Shown: positions 9,127 through 16,176 of the stretch, one piece after another | Layout: each line of letters starts with the position of its first letter | Numbering within the stretch: the first letter of the stretch is position 1 | IMG/VR virus record: IMGVR_UViG_3300022179_001077 | Location: 1 to 37,052 of that record | Length of the DNA stretch: 37,052 nt | Reading direction: 5' to 3' (one strand) | Origin: a virus | Lineage: Duplodnaviria; Caudoviricetes | The notes under the pieces: generated by a model | Database searches by the model: none | What the model was told of the DNA's origin: nothing | The model's input: only the letters and a program-made list of their open reading frames with translations | Made by a program: the position numbers and the translations under genes

Positions 9127-9506
9127 CTGCTCATCACCTTCTTTGCTAGTGCGGGATAGTTTGCAGGGTGTACGCGGTCGTTTGATTTGAAGTCGGACAG
9201 CTCGACGACACCATCGCCATAGAGCCATGCAACACGGCGCACGGCCTCGGCTGCTTGTCTGTGGTAGGGCACGATCCACACCACACGATCTGCTTTGACC
9301 TTCGTGCGGATGTAGCGCATGTCCACATACAGATTCGGATCGGTCGGCATGTTGCTGCCGAGCGAGATGATAGCAAGGCCTGTCTTGGTGTCTTTGACAA
9401 TGGCCGCTTGCTGGAATGCGGTGCGCCCAACGGCCGCGAGATCACGGCACTTGGTTGCTTGCGCGAGACCAACAGCGATGCTGTCGCCAATGCTTACGCA
9501 GTCCAT
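9123..9506 (-). CDS. SGNH/GDSL-like hydrolase
   Basis: IGDSIA, ISLGSN and DRVHP catalytic blocks. Confidence 0.75.
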   Translation of the reverse strand: MDCVSIGDSIAVGLAQATKCRDLAAVGRTAFQQAAIVKDTKTGLAIISLGSNMPTDPNLYVDMRYIRTKVKADRVVWIVPYHRQAAEAVRRVAWLYGDGVVELSDFKSNDRVHPANYPALAKKVMSR

Positions 9507-9718
9507 CTTGCTTTCTCCTTCGCCTGCCGAACTTGGCCCATGATCCACTTTGCGTTGTTCTTCATCGAGCGGTGATCGGATGCAGAAACGGGGACCGTGA
9601 ACCAGATTGTTTGTCCTTCGAACTCTGCGGTGACCACCCAGTGTGTGCTTCGACGGATCGTTAAGACTGCGCCACCCAATGAGGTGACGTAGTCGCGCAC
9701 TTCCTTCTCATTGCGCAT
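9494..9718 (-). CDS. Small protein, possibly HicA-like fold
   Basis: THW...TVPVSASDHRSMKN pattern. Confidence 0.5.
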   Translation of the reverse strand: MRNEKEVRDYVTSLGGAVLTIRRSTHWVVTAEFEGQTIWFTVPVSASDHRSMKNNAKWIMGQVRQAKEKARWTA

Positions 9719-9722
9719 GGCG

Positions 9723-9908
9723 TTAGTCCCAATCTTGCTCGGTTGGCGGTTGCGGGTTGATGTGTTCGACAGGCACCTCGGTCCACTGACCATGGCGCTT
9801 GATCAAGATGCGATAGCTGGTCATCGCCCATGTTTTTTCAGCACTGCCGTCGGGGTTGAACGTCGTTACCCATCCGTATTTCTGTTCGACTTTTATGTCT
9901 TCAATCAT
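9723..9908 (-). CDS. Hypothetical protein
   Basis: GGAG SD and tight packing with neighbours. Confidence 0.55.
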   Translation of the reverse strand: MIEDIKVEQKYGWVTTFNPDGSAEKTWAMTSYRILIKRHGQWTEVPVEHINPQPPTEQDWD

Positions 9909-10143
9909 CTTTTTTCTCCCCTAGTGCCGCGCGATCAAATGCTGTCTCTGCCTGTTTAGATGCAATCAAGTTTTCTTTTGATCGATCTTTGAAATAAGTT
10001 TTTTGCTTTTCGCGCATATCAACGCCAAGCCGCAGCGCCTTCTCCAGCGCCTCAATGCGGTCGGCGGCTTGTTCCGCTGTGCGTCCCGGTTCACGCCACC
10101 AGTCTTTGACTTCACGCAGCCGCTTCACAAGATCATCAGTCAC
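9901..10143 (-). CDS. Hypothetical phage protein (DDLVKRLR...AADRIEALE type)
   Basis: GTG start coupled to upstream stop. Confidence 0.6.
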   Translation of the reverse strand: MTDDLVKRLREVKDWWREPGRTAEQAADRIEALEKALRLGVDMREKQKTYFKDRSKENLIASKQAETAFDRAALGEKKDD

Positions 10144-10511
10144 AGCCCTTCTCCCTCTTCGCAATCAATCTCAACCTTCACGCAGGCAATGCGACGAGTT
10201 TCAACCCCCATTACGTTACGAAGGGTTTCACAAGCATCAGCAACGTATTTGTCCTCATATGGGCGAATGTCATTTTCTGGATATACATTCATCCAAAAGG
10301 TGCGGCGGATGCGTGGCTTCACTTCAATGAGGTCAGCACAATGCTCTTCTTTTGCGATAACAAGACCATCCGCTTGCCACGTTGTGCAACGCCATCCATC
10401 ATTCATTTTTATTGAGCCATGAACCGCATGGTTGCCAGCACCATCAGTCGCATAGATACGCACTTCACGGCCATCGCGGGTGCGGTATTGTTTGTCTTTG
10501 CTGATCATCAC
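10140..10511 (-). CDS. Conserved phage protein (YRTRDGREVRIYATDG)
   Basis: Recognisable phage motif with translational coupling. Confidence 0.65.
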   Translation of the reverse strand: MMISKDKQYRTRDGREVRIYATDGAGNHAVHGSIKMNDGWRCTTWQADGLVIAKEEHCADLIEVKPRIRRTFWMNVYPENDIRPYEDKYVADACETLRNVMGVETRRIACVKVEIDCEEGEGL

Positions 10512-10774
10512 TTCTTCTCCTTCGGAGCATACGGGCGCATGACCGGGATCTTTGGGTCGTAGTCCTTGGCCTCAGGGCCACACCACGCATCAACCGCGCG
10601 CATGTCGCGACAGAGGGGGAAGGTCCGTTCTCCAGTGACCAAGTCCCAACCAGTCAGCTCTGAGTGTGTGCAGCGATGGCCCGCAGGGATCGAGGGCGAC
10701 GCTCCAGAGTTGTGATAGTGGTGACGACAGTTCACGCAGAACTTTCTCTCTTCAATCTTTCCACCTTCAGTCAT
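10508..10774 (-). CDS. Cys-rich small phage protein
   Basis: CVNCRH...C...DLVTG...C..MR....CG motif. Confidence 0.6.
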   Translation of the reverse strand: MTEGGKIEERKFCVNCRHHYHNSGASPSIPAGHRCTHSELTGWDLVTGERTFPLCRDMRAVDAWCGPEAKDYDPKIPVMRPYAPKEKK

Positions 10775-11130
10775 GGTTCCATCTCCAATACCTGTTTGAT
10801 CATGCAAGCCATCTGCATGTGGAAGTTCGGTTCGTCCTCTTCCGGTCCCATGATGAGATCGGCGTTGTCCTCGAAATATTCGAGCACTTCGAGAAGCGCC
10901 CATTCCATCTCCCGAAGGTGGCGGACCAGACGCTCGTCTGCCGGGCCGAACATGACGCTCGTTCCATCGACCTTGGACAGTCGCAATTCGCCACGCGCGA
11001 GCTTGCGCAGGGCTGTCTCAGCGACCTTGACGCGGCGCTCCAAAGCTTCGATGTAGTCGGCGGCTTCATCGACGATAGGGTCGTCGCCACAGGCCACCCC
11101 TTCGCGCAGGCGCTTCACGATGTTGGTCAT
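10771..11130 (-). CDS. Hypothetical phage protein (NIVKRLR...EAADYIEALE type)
   Basis: GGAG SD, coupled. Confidence 0.6.
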   Translation of the reverse strand: MTNIVKRLREGVACGDDPIVDEAADYIEALERRVKVAETALRKLARGELRLSKVDGTSVMFGPADERLVRHLREMEWALLEVLEYFEDNADLIMGPEEDEPNFHMQMACMIKQVLEMEP

Positions 11131-11423
11131 CGAATGCTCTCCACGATGGCCATGTACACGGCGTCTTCAGGGATCTTCCGGGCGAGCTGTTTCAAAAGCT
11201 CATGGAGTTCGGCGTCGTCGCCGACATACAGCTCCTCGCCCTCGTTTGAGGTGAGGGTGACTTCGAGGTCGGAGTAATCGACAATCTCAGGGCCTCCGGG
11301 ATCGCCCACAGATGGGTCAGGATCGAGTTCGTCGAACTCGACGCAGAAAGACCCGTCAGCCATCAGAGTTTGGCCCTTGTAGGTCACGGGAACCTCTTCG
11401 AAGTGGAAGGTGCAGTAGCTCAT
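11127..11423 (-). CDS. Acidic hypothetical protein
   Basis: Start MSYCTF after GAGGA SD. Confidence 0.6.
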   Translation of the reverse strand: MSYCTFHFEEVPVTYKGQTLMADGSFCVEFDELDPDPSVGDPGGPEIVDYSDLEVTLTSNEGEELYVGDDAELHELLKQLARKIPEDAVYMAIVESIR

Positions 11424-11433
11424 CTGGGTGTCC

Positions 11434-11685
11434 TCAGTAGTGGTGGCGCGAGGCCGGGTCGCAGGGGTCTTCCAACCAGTCGTAGTCGTCCTCCGGGTCT
11501 TCCTCGACCTCGGTGACGTCGGCCACGACATAGTCCTCCGTGGAACAGTGGTCCCACTGGGCCGTGTCGATATCCAAGCCCTCCGTGACGGCCATGTCGA
11601 TGGCGGCATCTTTTGTCAGGGCGTAAATTTCGACCTCAGTTTGCAGTCTGACAAACTTTTCAAGGGTGATGCGGTAGGCGTTCAT
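11434..11685 (-). CDS. Very acidic small protein
   Basis: Coupled ORF with D/E-rich tail. Confidence 0.6.
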   Translation of the reverse strand: MNAYRITLEKFVRLQTEVEIYALTKDAAIDMAVTEGLDIDTAQWDHCSTEDYVVADVTEVEEDPEDDYDWLEDPCDPASRHHY

Positions 11686-11897
11686 TGGTCGGGCCCTTTC
11701 TCGGCACGGATGATTTGGTCAAGGCGGAGGAGCATGTTGCGAGCCTCGGTGGCGCTCTGCGGCCACCAAGGGGCGTCGTGGTTCTTGGGGTCGTACAGGC
11801 CGTAGCGTTCCACGTCGGCCGTCACGGCGTCCAAGGCGTCGATCAGGGTGGTGATCATCCTGTCGAGATCGTCCCACATGTTGGCGTCCTCAGCCAT
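11682..11897 (-). CDS. Hypothetical protein
   Basis: Start MAEDAN after GGAGG SD. Confidence 0.55.
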   Translation of the reverse strand: MAEDANMWDDLDRMITTLIDALDAVTADVERYGLYDPKNHDAPWWPQSATEARNMLLRLDQIIRAEKGPDQ

Positions 11898-12186
11898 TAT
11901 CATCCTCCATCTCGGAAAGGTCCGCGGCCACCCCCTCCACGGTCCCCTGCATGTTTCGGCACTGGTCCCCGAGCAAAAGGCACAAGGCGCGTGTGGATAT
12001 CTCGCGGTCTTGCAGAAGGCCCAGAAGCTCTTCCTGCTCCATGGCCTCCACCTTTTCAGAGAAGGGTTCACAATGATCGGGGTGGTCATGCAGCAAGACG
12101 GAGATGTGGAACAGCATCTCGCCTATCTCCCTCAAGTTGTTTGAGGCGATTCGGAGGGGGGAGTTCAAAGAAGGCTGCTTGGTCAT
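11890..12186 (-). CDS. Hypothetical protein
   Basis: Start MTKQPS coupled (ATGA) to upstream stop. Confidence 0.55.
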   Translation of the reverse strand: MTKQPSLNSPLRIASNNLREIGEMLFHISVLLHDHPDHCEPFSEKVEAMEQEELLGLLQDREISTRALCLLLGDQCRNMQGTVEGVAADLSEMEDDNG

Positions 12187-12419
12187 GGCGTCCATCCGTT
12201 CTCGTTGGCCACCGGGCCGATGTAGTTGCCGCGGGCGTCGAACTTGATCAGGTTCGGATACGACCGCAGGACGATGGTCAAAACGTCGTCGTCCTCGATC
12301 TCGTTGAACAGGCGACACGCGCCCAAGAAGTCGTCCTTCTCGAACAGGTCGTCGAGCTGGCAGAGGATCGCATAGGCGGACTGAGACTGAGGGGTCGGGT
12401 GCAAAGCTTTGATCGGCAT
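12183..12419 (-). CDS. Hypothetical protein, first gene of the leftward operon
   Basis: Start MPIKAL after AGAAAGGA SD, downstream of a promoter. Confidence 0.6.
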   Translation of the reverse strand: MPIKALHPTPQSQSAYAILCQLDDLFEKDDFLGACRLFNEIEDDDVLTIVLRSYPNLIKFDARGNYIGPVANENGWTP

Positions 12420-12449
12420 GGTCAACGTCCTTTCTGTGACGAGGGGAGC

Positions 12450-12478
12450 AACATGGCATGGGGTGCAAATGATGTCAA
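12450..12478 (-). promoter_or_regulatory. Sigma70-like promoter
   Basis: TTGACA-17nt-CATGTT. Confidence 0.55.
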
Positions 12479-12525
12479 TACGAGAAACGCGGACCATGGA
12501 CCTTTGCTATAGAGCAGAGAGAAAA

Positions 12526-12785
12526 TCACAGGGTTGATCACAAGGTTAAATGCCCATTTACCAGTGGTGTCACAGGGTTCACAGGGTTGTTCTAAAATTG
12601 ATCTTTTCCGGCCGCGCGCGCGGTAGGTTGGTAAGTATGTTAGTATATAATATGTTGATATAATGCATAGTTTTAACAACTATCGGCGGACCTGAAACAG
12701 GGTCTGTCACAGGGTTTCAAACAACCCTGTGATCCTTGTGACACCACTGGTACACAAGGGTTTAACCCTGTGATCAACCCTGTGA
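12526..12785. repeat. 66-bp imperfect inverted repeat with TCACAGGGTT iterons flanking an AT-rich core (putative origin)
   Basis: Arms 12526-12591 and 12720-12785, four iterons per arm plus one at 12707-12716, AT-rich core at about 12630-12680. Confidence 0.85.
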
Positions 12786-12836
12786 CATTTTGCTTCCCTT
12801 ATAGTAAAACCATGTGACGGACAGGAGGACTGCCGC

Positions 12837-13433
12837 ATGGCGCGAGCCAAACAAACGCACAAGCCCAAGCTTGATATCTTGGTGAACCCCAAAACGAAGG
12901 GCCTCACGGAGAAGCAGGAAAAGTTCTGCCGGATCTATGCCACCGAGGACGTCACCCGAACGGAGGCGGCCAAGCTTGCTGGGTTCGGAGAGAAGACCGC
13001 TTCGTGGGCCGCATCCCGTTTCTTGAACGGCCGAGACTACCCACACATCGTTGCCCGCATAGCCGAGATCAAGGAAGAGCTGGCCAAGAAGTACGAGGTG
13101 ACCTTTGATGGTCACATCAGGCAGCTTGCCCGCATCCGTGACATGGCTCTGGAGAAGGGCAACTACACCGCAGCGCACGCGGCCGAGAAGAGCCGAGGTC
13201 AGGCGGCCGGGTTGTACATCAGCCGCAGCGAGATCTTGGTCGGCAAGATCGACCAGATGGACCGAGAAGAAGTATTGGCCGAGATCGCCAAGCTTCAGGC
13301 CCAGTTCCCGATCTTGATCGAACAGACCGCCCCGACGCTCGACATGATCGCAAGTAGCCGAGACCCGGATGACCTGCCAGATTTTGTCACCCCTGAAGAG
13401 CGGGCGCGTCTCGAAGCGGAGATCGACGAGTGA
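12837..13433 (+). CDS. terS: Terminase small subunit
   Basis: LTEKQEKFC...TRTEAAKLAGF HTH and AEKSRGQAAGLY, with AGGAGG SD. Confidence 0.8.
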   Translation: MARAKQTHKPKLDILVNPKTKGLTEKQEKFCRIYATEDVTRTEAAKLAGFGEKTASWAASRFLNGRDYPHIVARIAEIKEELAKKYEVTFDGHIRQLARIRDMALEKGNYTAAHAAEKSRGQAAGLYISRSEILVGKIDQMDREEVLAEIAKLQAQFPILIEQTAPTLDMIASSRDPDDLPDFVTPEERARLEAEIDE

Positions 13434-13894
13434 ATACAGAAACTGCGCTTTGGAAACACCTCAAGAAGGAAACGGGCAGAGACGTCCACTGGACCCGCAT
13501 CGAGGCGCGGGTGGGGGCAGGTATCCCCGACATCAACGGAGCCTATCTGTGGCCCGTTTCTGGCCGTCCTAGGGGCATTGAAATCTGGTGCGAGCTGAAG
13601 GTGTGCAAGACCAAGGCCTACAAAACGGCCGGGCTATGGCGGCCAGCTCAAATTGCTTGGCAAACCGCGCGTTCTCAGAAAATGGGAAATGTGTGGAACT
13701 TGGTCAGCCACCCTCAGGCAGAGGTCGTTAAAATATATGGGGGCGACAAGATTCTCAATCTTTGGGAAGATGGAACGGGGGCCACGGAGCCTGATATGGT
13801 AATCAGATACCGCAATCCCTACGATTCGTGGTCCATGTTCCTTGAACTGGCGGCCTCGCGGGCCTTAGATGCAATAGAACCTCGCGGGCCTTAG
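13430..13894 (+). CDS. PD-(D/E)xK nuclease (Holliday-junction resolvase/VRR-NUC-like)
   Basis: E..LW, RIE...GIPD, WCELK, RPAQIAW. Confidence 0.75.
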   Translation: MNTETALWKHLKKETGRDVHWTRIEARVGAGIPDINGAYLWPVSGRPRGIEIWCELKVCKTKAYKTAGLWRPAQIAWQTARSQKMGNVWNLVSHPQAEVVKIYGGDKILNLWEDGTGATEPDMVIRYRNPYDSWSMFLELAASRALDAIEPRGP

Positions 13895-13991
13895 ATCGCG
13901 CGGGCCTTAGATGCAAAGGATCGCGGCTGGTCCGCACAAGAAAAACCCCCGGTCTTTCGACCAGGGGTTGTCGCGCGGGCCTTAGATGCAA
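13857..13991 (+). repeat. Cluster of CGCGGGCCTTAGATGCAA direct repeats (4 copies)
   Basis: 13857-13874, 13883-13896 (truncated), 13899-13916, 13974-13991. Confidence 0.9.
13938..13969 (-). terminator. Rho-independent terminator of the leftward cassette
   Basis: AACCCCTGGTC-GAAA-GACCGGGGGTT followed by TTTCTT. Confidence 0.8.
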
Positions 13992-14008
13992 CTATACGTT
14001 GTCCCCTT

Positions 14009-14278
14009 TCACCTCACCCAGCCTGATTGATAGGCGCGTTTCATTTCATAGACGGCCATCGGGTTAACCCGGTGGCCAAGCTTTAGCGGGCCTTGGAATA
14101 TGAGCCCCAGCAATCGGCCGCGCTCATAATCCCACCGCGTGTTGGTCTGGCCGTGCCCCTGATAGCAGTCGTAATCCATCGGGATCCCGGCGCGGGCCTC
14201 GCGGAAACCGCGCACGAAAGCTGCGGAGCGCATAACGCCCCGCAAGCCCGTGTTTTTGGTGCTGACTTGCTTTGTCAT
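14009..14278 (-). CDS. Hypothetical phage protein
   Basis: GGAGG SD, and F..GF.....G...WDYERGR motif. Confidence 0.65.
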   Translation of the reverse strand: MTKQVSTKNTGLRGVMRSAAFVRGFREARAGIPMDYDCYQGHGQTNTRWDYERGRLLGLIFQGPLKLGHRVNPMAVYEMKRAYQSGWVR

Positions 14279-14279
14279 G

Positions 14280-14444
14280 TCACGCCTCCTCGATGGTCAC
14301 GCGCCATGCGTTCCTGTATTCGGATCGGTCCCGTATTTGCGACGCGCCATCGAGGACGTTGGCTGCCCTTGTCGACTCAAGGTAGGTGATCGGCCAAGAG
14401 TCGCGAAACGTCCACACGGTGACCCGGAAGAGAAATGTTTTCAT
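14280..14444 (-). CDS. 54-aa hypothetical protein (not in ORF track)
   Basis: MKTFLFRVTVW...TIEEA exactly fills the gap. Both junctions read GGCGTGACATG. Confidence 0.55.
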   Translation of the reverse strand: MKTFLFRVTVWTFRDSWPITYLESTRAANVLDGASQIRDRSEYRNAWRVTIEEA

Positions 14445-14445
14445 G

Positions 14446-15222
14446 TCACGCCCCCACGAAACGCTTGGCCGTCGGGCCGTGTGAATTGATCACGATCCCG
14501 GCGCGGGCCTTGGCCGACGTCCCGCCGCACGCGCGACAATCCTCGCACGTCGTGCGCTGCCCAGCTTCCTTTGACGCCGGGCAAGTAACTTCGCCGGTCA
14601 GCTTTGCGGCCGCGGCCGTCTTGACTCGGAACGTGCGCCATCCGAGCGCGCGGGCCGCGTCGGCTTCCGCCGGGCTGTCGACGCTGGCCATGCAGAGCAA
14701 ACGAAACGCGGCGAAGCGGGCCTGCTTCCATTGGTGCGAATAGCCGTTAACCGCGGCCGTCTTGAGAGTCGCCGCGCGCCAGATCTGGAACGGCGCGGCC
14801 GTCGGATCCCCATATGTGCCAGCGCGGAATGCGAGCCCGGCAAACAGGTCCGGGATTAGTTTCAAATCATAGTCGACGCCGGGCCTTGCATAGCGGCCGC
14901 GTTGGAACGCGCCGAACACGGAAACAACGGACCGGCCGACTTGCACATAACAGGATCCGTCATTGGCCGGACGGTGAATGCAGTCGCCGCAAACGGCCGA
15001 GTCTGCCCCACTGCGAAGCGCGGTCATGGGGTCCACGTCGGCGCGGATGATAAAGGTCTGAACCATTGCGCCGGTCTTGGCATTGCTGCTGGCAGTCGTG
15101 ATCCTGTTTGCGATCACGACAATTGGGGATCCGTCTAGGATAGACGGGCCCTCGTACAGGATAACGCCGGAAAACTTGTTTCGGCGGAGCGCGTTTCGCA
15201 TCTCGCGAGCGGTTTTGATCAT
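14446..15222 (-). CDS. Cys-rich conserved phage protein, putative Fe-S/metal enzyme
   Basis: NAKTG.MVQT, CGDC...CY, RAGTYGDP, GYSHQW, MASVD, CPA...CEDCRAC. Confidence 0.7.
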   Translation of the reverse strand: MIKTAREMRNALRRNKFSGVILYEGPSILDGSPIVVIANRITTASSNAKTGAMVQTFIIRADVDPMTALRSGADSAVCGDCIHRPANDGSCYVQVGRSVVSVFGAFQRGRYARPGVDYDLKLIPDLFAGLAFRAGTYGDPTAAPFQIWRAATLKTAAVNGYSHQWKQARFAAFRLLCMASVDSPAEADAARALGWRTFRVKTAAAAKLTGEVTCPASKEAGQRTTCEDCRACGGTSAKARAGIVINSHGPTAKRFVGA

Positions 15223-15255
15223 AGTCCTGCCCTTTCTTGGCAATTGAACGGATCG

Positions 15256-15284
15256 AAACTAACATGAATCGTCAAGCCTGGCAA
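15256..15284 (-). promoter_or_regulatory. Sigma70-like promoter
   Basis: TTGCCA-17nt-TAGTTT with extended TG. Confidence 0.55.
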
Positions 15285-15315
15285 GATGAAAGTATAGCGT
15301 CGACGCGGTTTTTTG

Positions 15316-15426
15316 CGCGGGCCTTTGATGCAATTTAACCGCGGGCCTGCGGCCGCGCGGTCCTTTGATGCAATATAATCCCGGCCGGCCGGCGCGGGCC
15401 TGCGGGGGCGCGGGCCTTAGATGCAA
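15316..15426 (+). repeat. Second cluster of CGCGG(G/T)CCTT(A/T)GATGCAA repeats (3 full, 2 partial)
   Basis: 15316-15333, 15356-15373, 15409-15426, with partial CGCGGGCCTGC at 15340 and 15393. Confidence 0.9.
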
Positions 15427-15441
15427 TAGAACACGACCGGC

Positions 15442-15474
15442 AAAGGAAAAGCCCCCGGACCGAGATCCGGGGGC
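15442..15474 (-). terminator. Rho-independent terminator
   Basis: GCCCCCGGA-TCTCGG-TCCGGGGGC followed by TTTTCCTTT. Confidence 0.85.
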
Positions 15475-15512
15475 TGCGTCGTAAGGGGCCGCGTCGCTGT
15501 AGGCCCGTCATG

Positions 15513-15749
15513 TTATGAGGCCTTGCAGAGGGCCTTTAGTTCGGCCTTCACTCGGCGCGCCGTTTCGCCGCGCCACGTCGTGGCATTGGACAGGAAATAA
15601 AGCACAATGCTTTTCCCGCTGTCGTGAATGTAGTTATCGTCCACGCTGTCGAGCGTGGACATGGCTTGTAAGTAGGGCACGGCACCGAAATAGGGTTTTT
15701 TCCAGTCCCGCGAGATCTCGGCCGCGATAGTGTACAAGGGGCGATTCAT
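15513..15749 (-). CDS. Conserved small phage protein
   Basis: IA.EI..DW...YFGAVPYL.AM...YFLSNA..WRGE.A, with AGAAAGGA SD. Confidence 0.7.
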   Translation of the reverse strand: MNRPLYTIAAEISRDWKKPYFGAVPYLQAMSTLDSVDDNYIHDSGKSIVLYFLSNATTWRGETARRVKAELKALCKAS

Positions 15750-15777
15750 GCTCGGTTCCTTTCTAGTTAACATAGTC

Positions 15778-15816
15778 AATATAGGATAGAACCGTGGCCC
15801 AGTCAAGGGCCACGGT
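15778..15816 (-). promoter_or_regulatory. Sigma70-like promoter with the -35 box in the loop of a perfect 10-bp inverted repeat
   Basis: TTGACT-17nt-TATATT, and ACCGTGGCCC-TTGACT-GGGCCACGGT. Confidence 0.7.
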
Positions 15817-15825
15817 CCAAGTTTC

Positions 15826-16104
15826 TTAGGCTGCGGCGCGCTTTCTCGCGACCACCCGCACCGTCATGATCTCGGTTGTCCGAGTGCACGCGCGAGCTTG
15901 TTCGGCCGTCAAGATTGCGCGGACCGCCTCGGTGTCGAGCGTCGCGCGCTCGGTCCAAGTCACGGTGGCCCTGAATAAGTCGCCGTCAATCTCGGAATAG
16001 CCCGACTCGGTCAAAGCTTTCTTCAGGGCCTTTTCTTGATCCGTCAGGGCCGCAATCTGCGCCTTAAGCGCGCCTAATTGGTCCACAATCGCTGCATAAT
16101 CCAT
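15826..16104 (-). CDS. Small coiled-coil phage protein
   Basis: Start MDYAAI after AGAAAGGA SD, with D.LG.LKAQIA.L...EK.LK. Confidence 0.7.
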   Translation of the reverse strand: MDYAAIVDQLGALKAQIAALTDQEKALKKALTESGYSEIDGDLFRATVTWTERATLDTEAVRAILTAEQARACTRTTEIMTVRVVARKRAAA

Positions 16105-16120
16105 TGGTCTAGTCCTTTCT

Positions 16121-16174
16121 GGTCTCGTCAGCACCCGCCTCACGGGTGGACCGGGCCGGAGCCCGGTTTCGACC
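16121..16174 (-). ncRNA. Type II hammerhead ribozyme
   Basis: GGUC-GAAA-CCGGGC(UCCG)GCCCGG-UC^-CACCCG(UGAGG)CGGGUG-CUGACGA-GACC. Complete core (CUGAnGA, GAAA, GUC) with three perfect stems. Confidence 0.93.
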
Positions 16175-16176
16175 TG

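Noticed and set aside
11420-11440. CUGAGGA after a stop codon as a second hammerhead (also at about 29594)
   Set aside because: No GAAA/UH or stems in the required arrangement. It is simply a TGA stop plus GAGGA SD.
13857-15426. 18-bp repeats as a CRISPR mini-array
   Set aside because: The repeat is too short, gaps are highly irregular (8, 2 and 57 nt in cluster 1; 22 and 35 nt in cluster 2), and there are no cas genes
13857-15426. Reverse complement TTGCAT as a sigma54 -12 or sigma70 -35 element
   Set aside because: The copies checked lack GG-N10-GC spacing and have no -10 box at 17 nt
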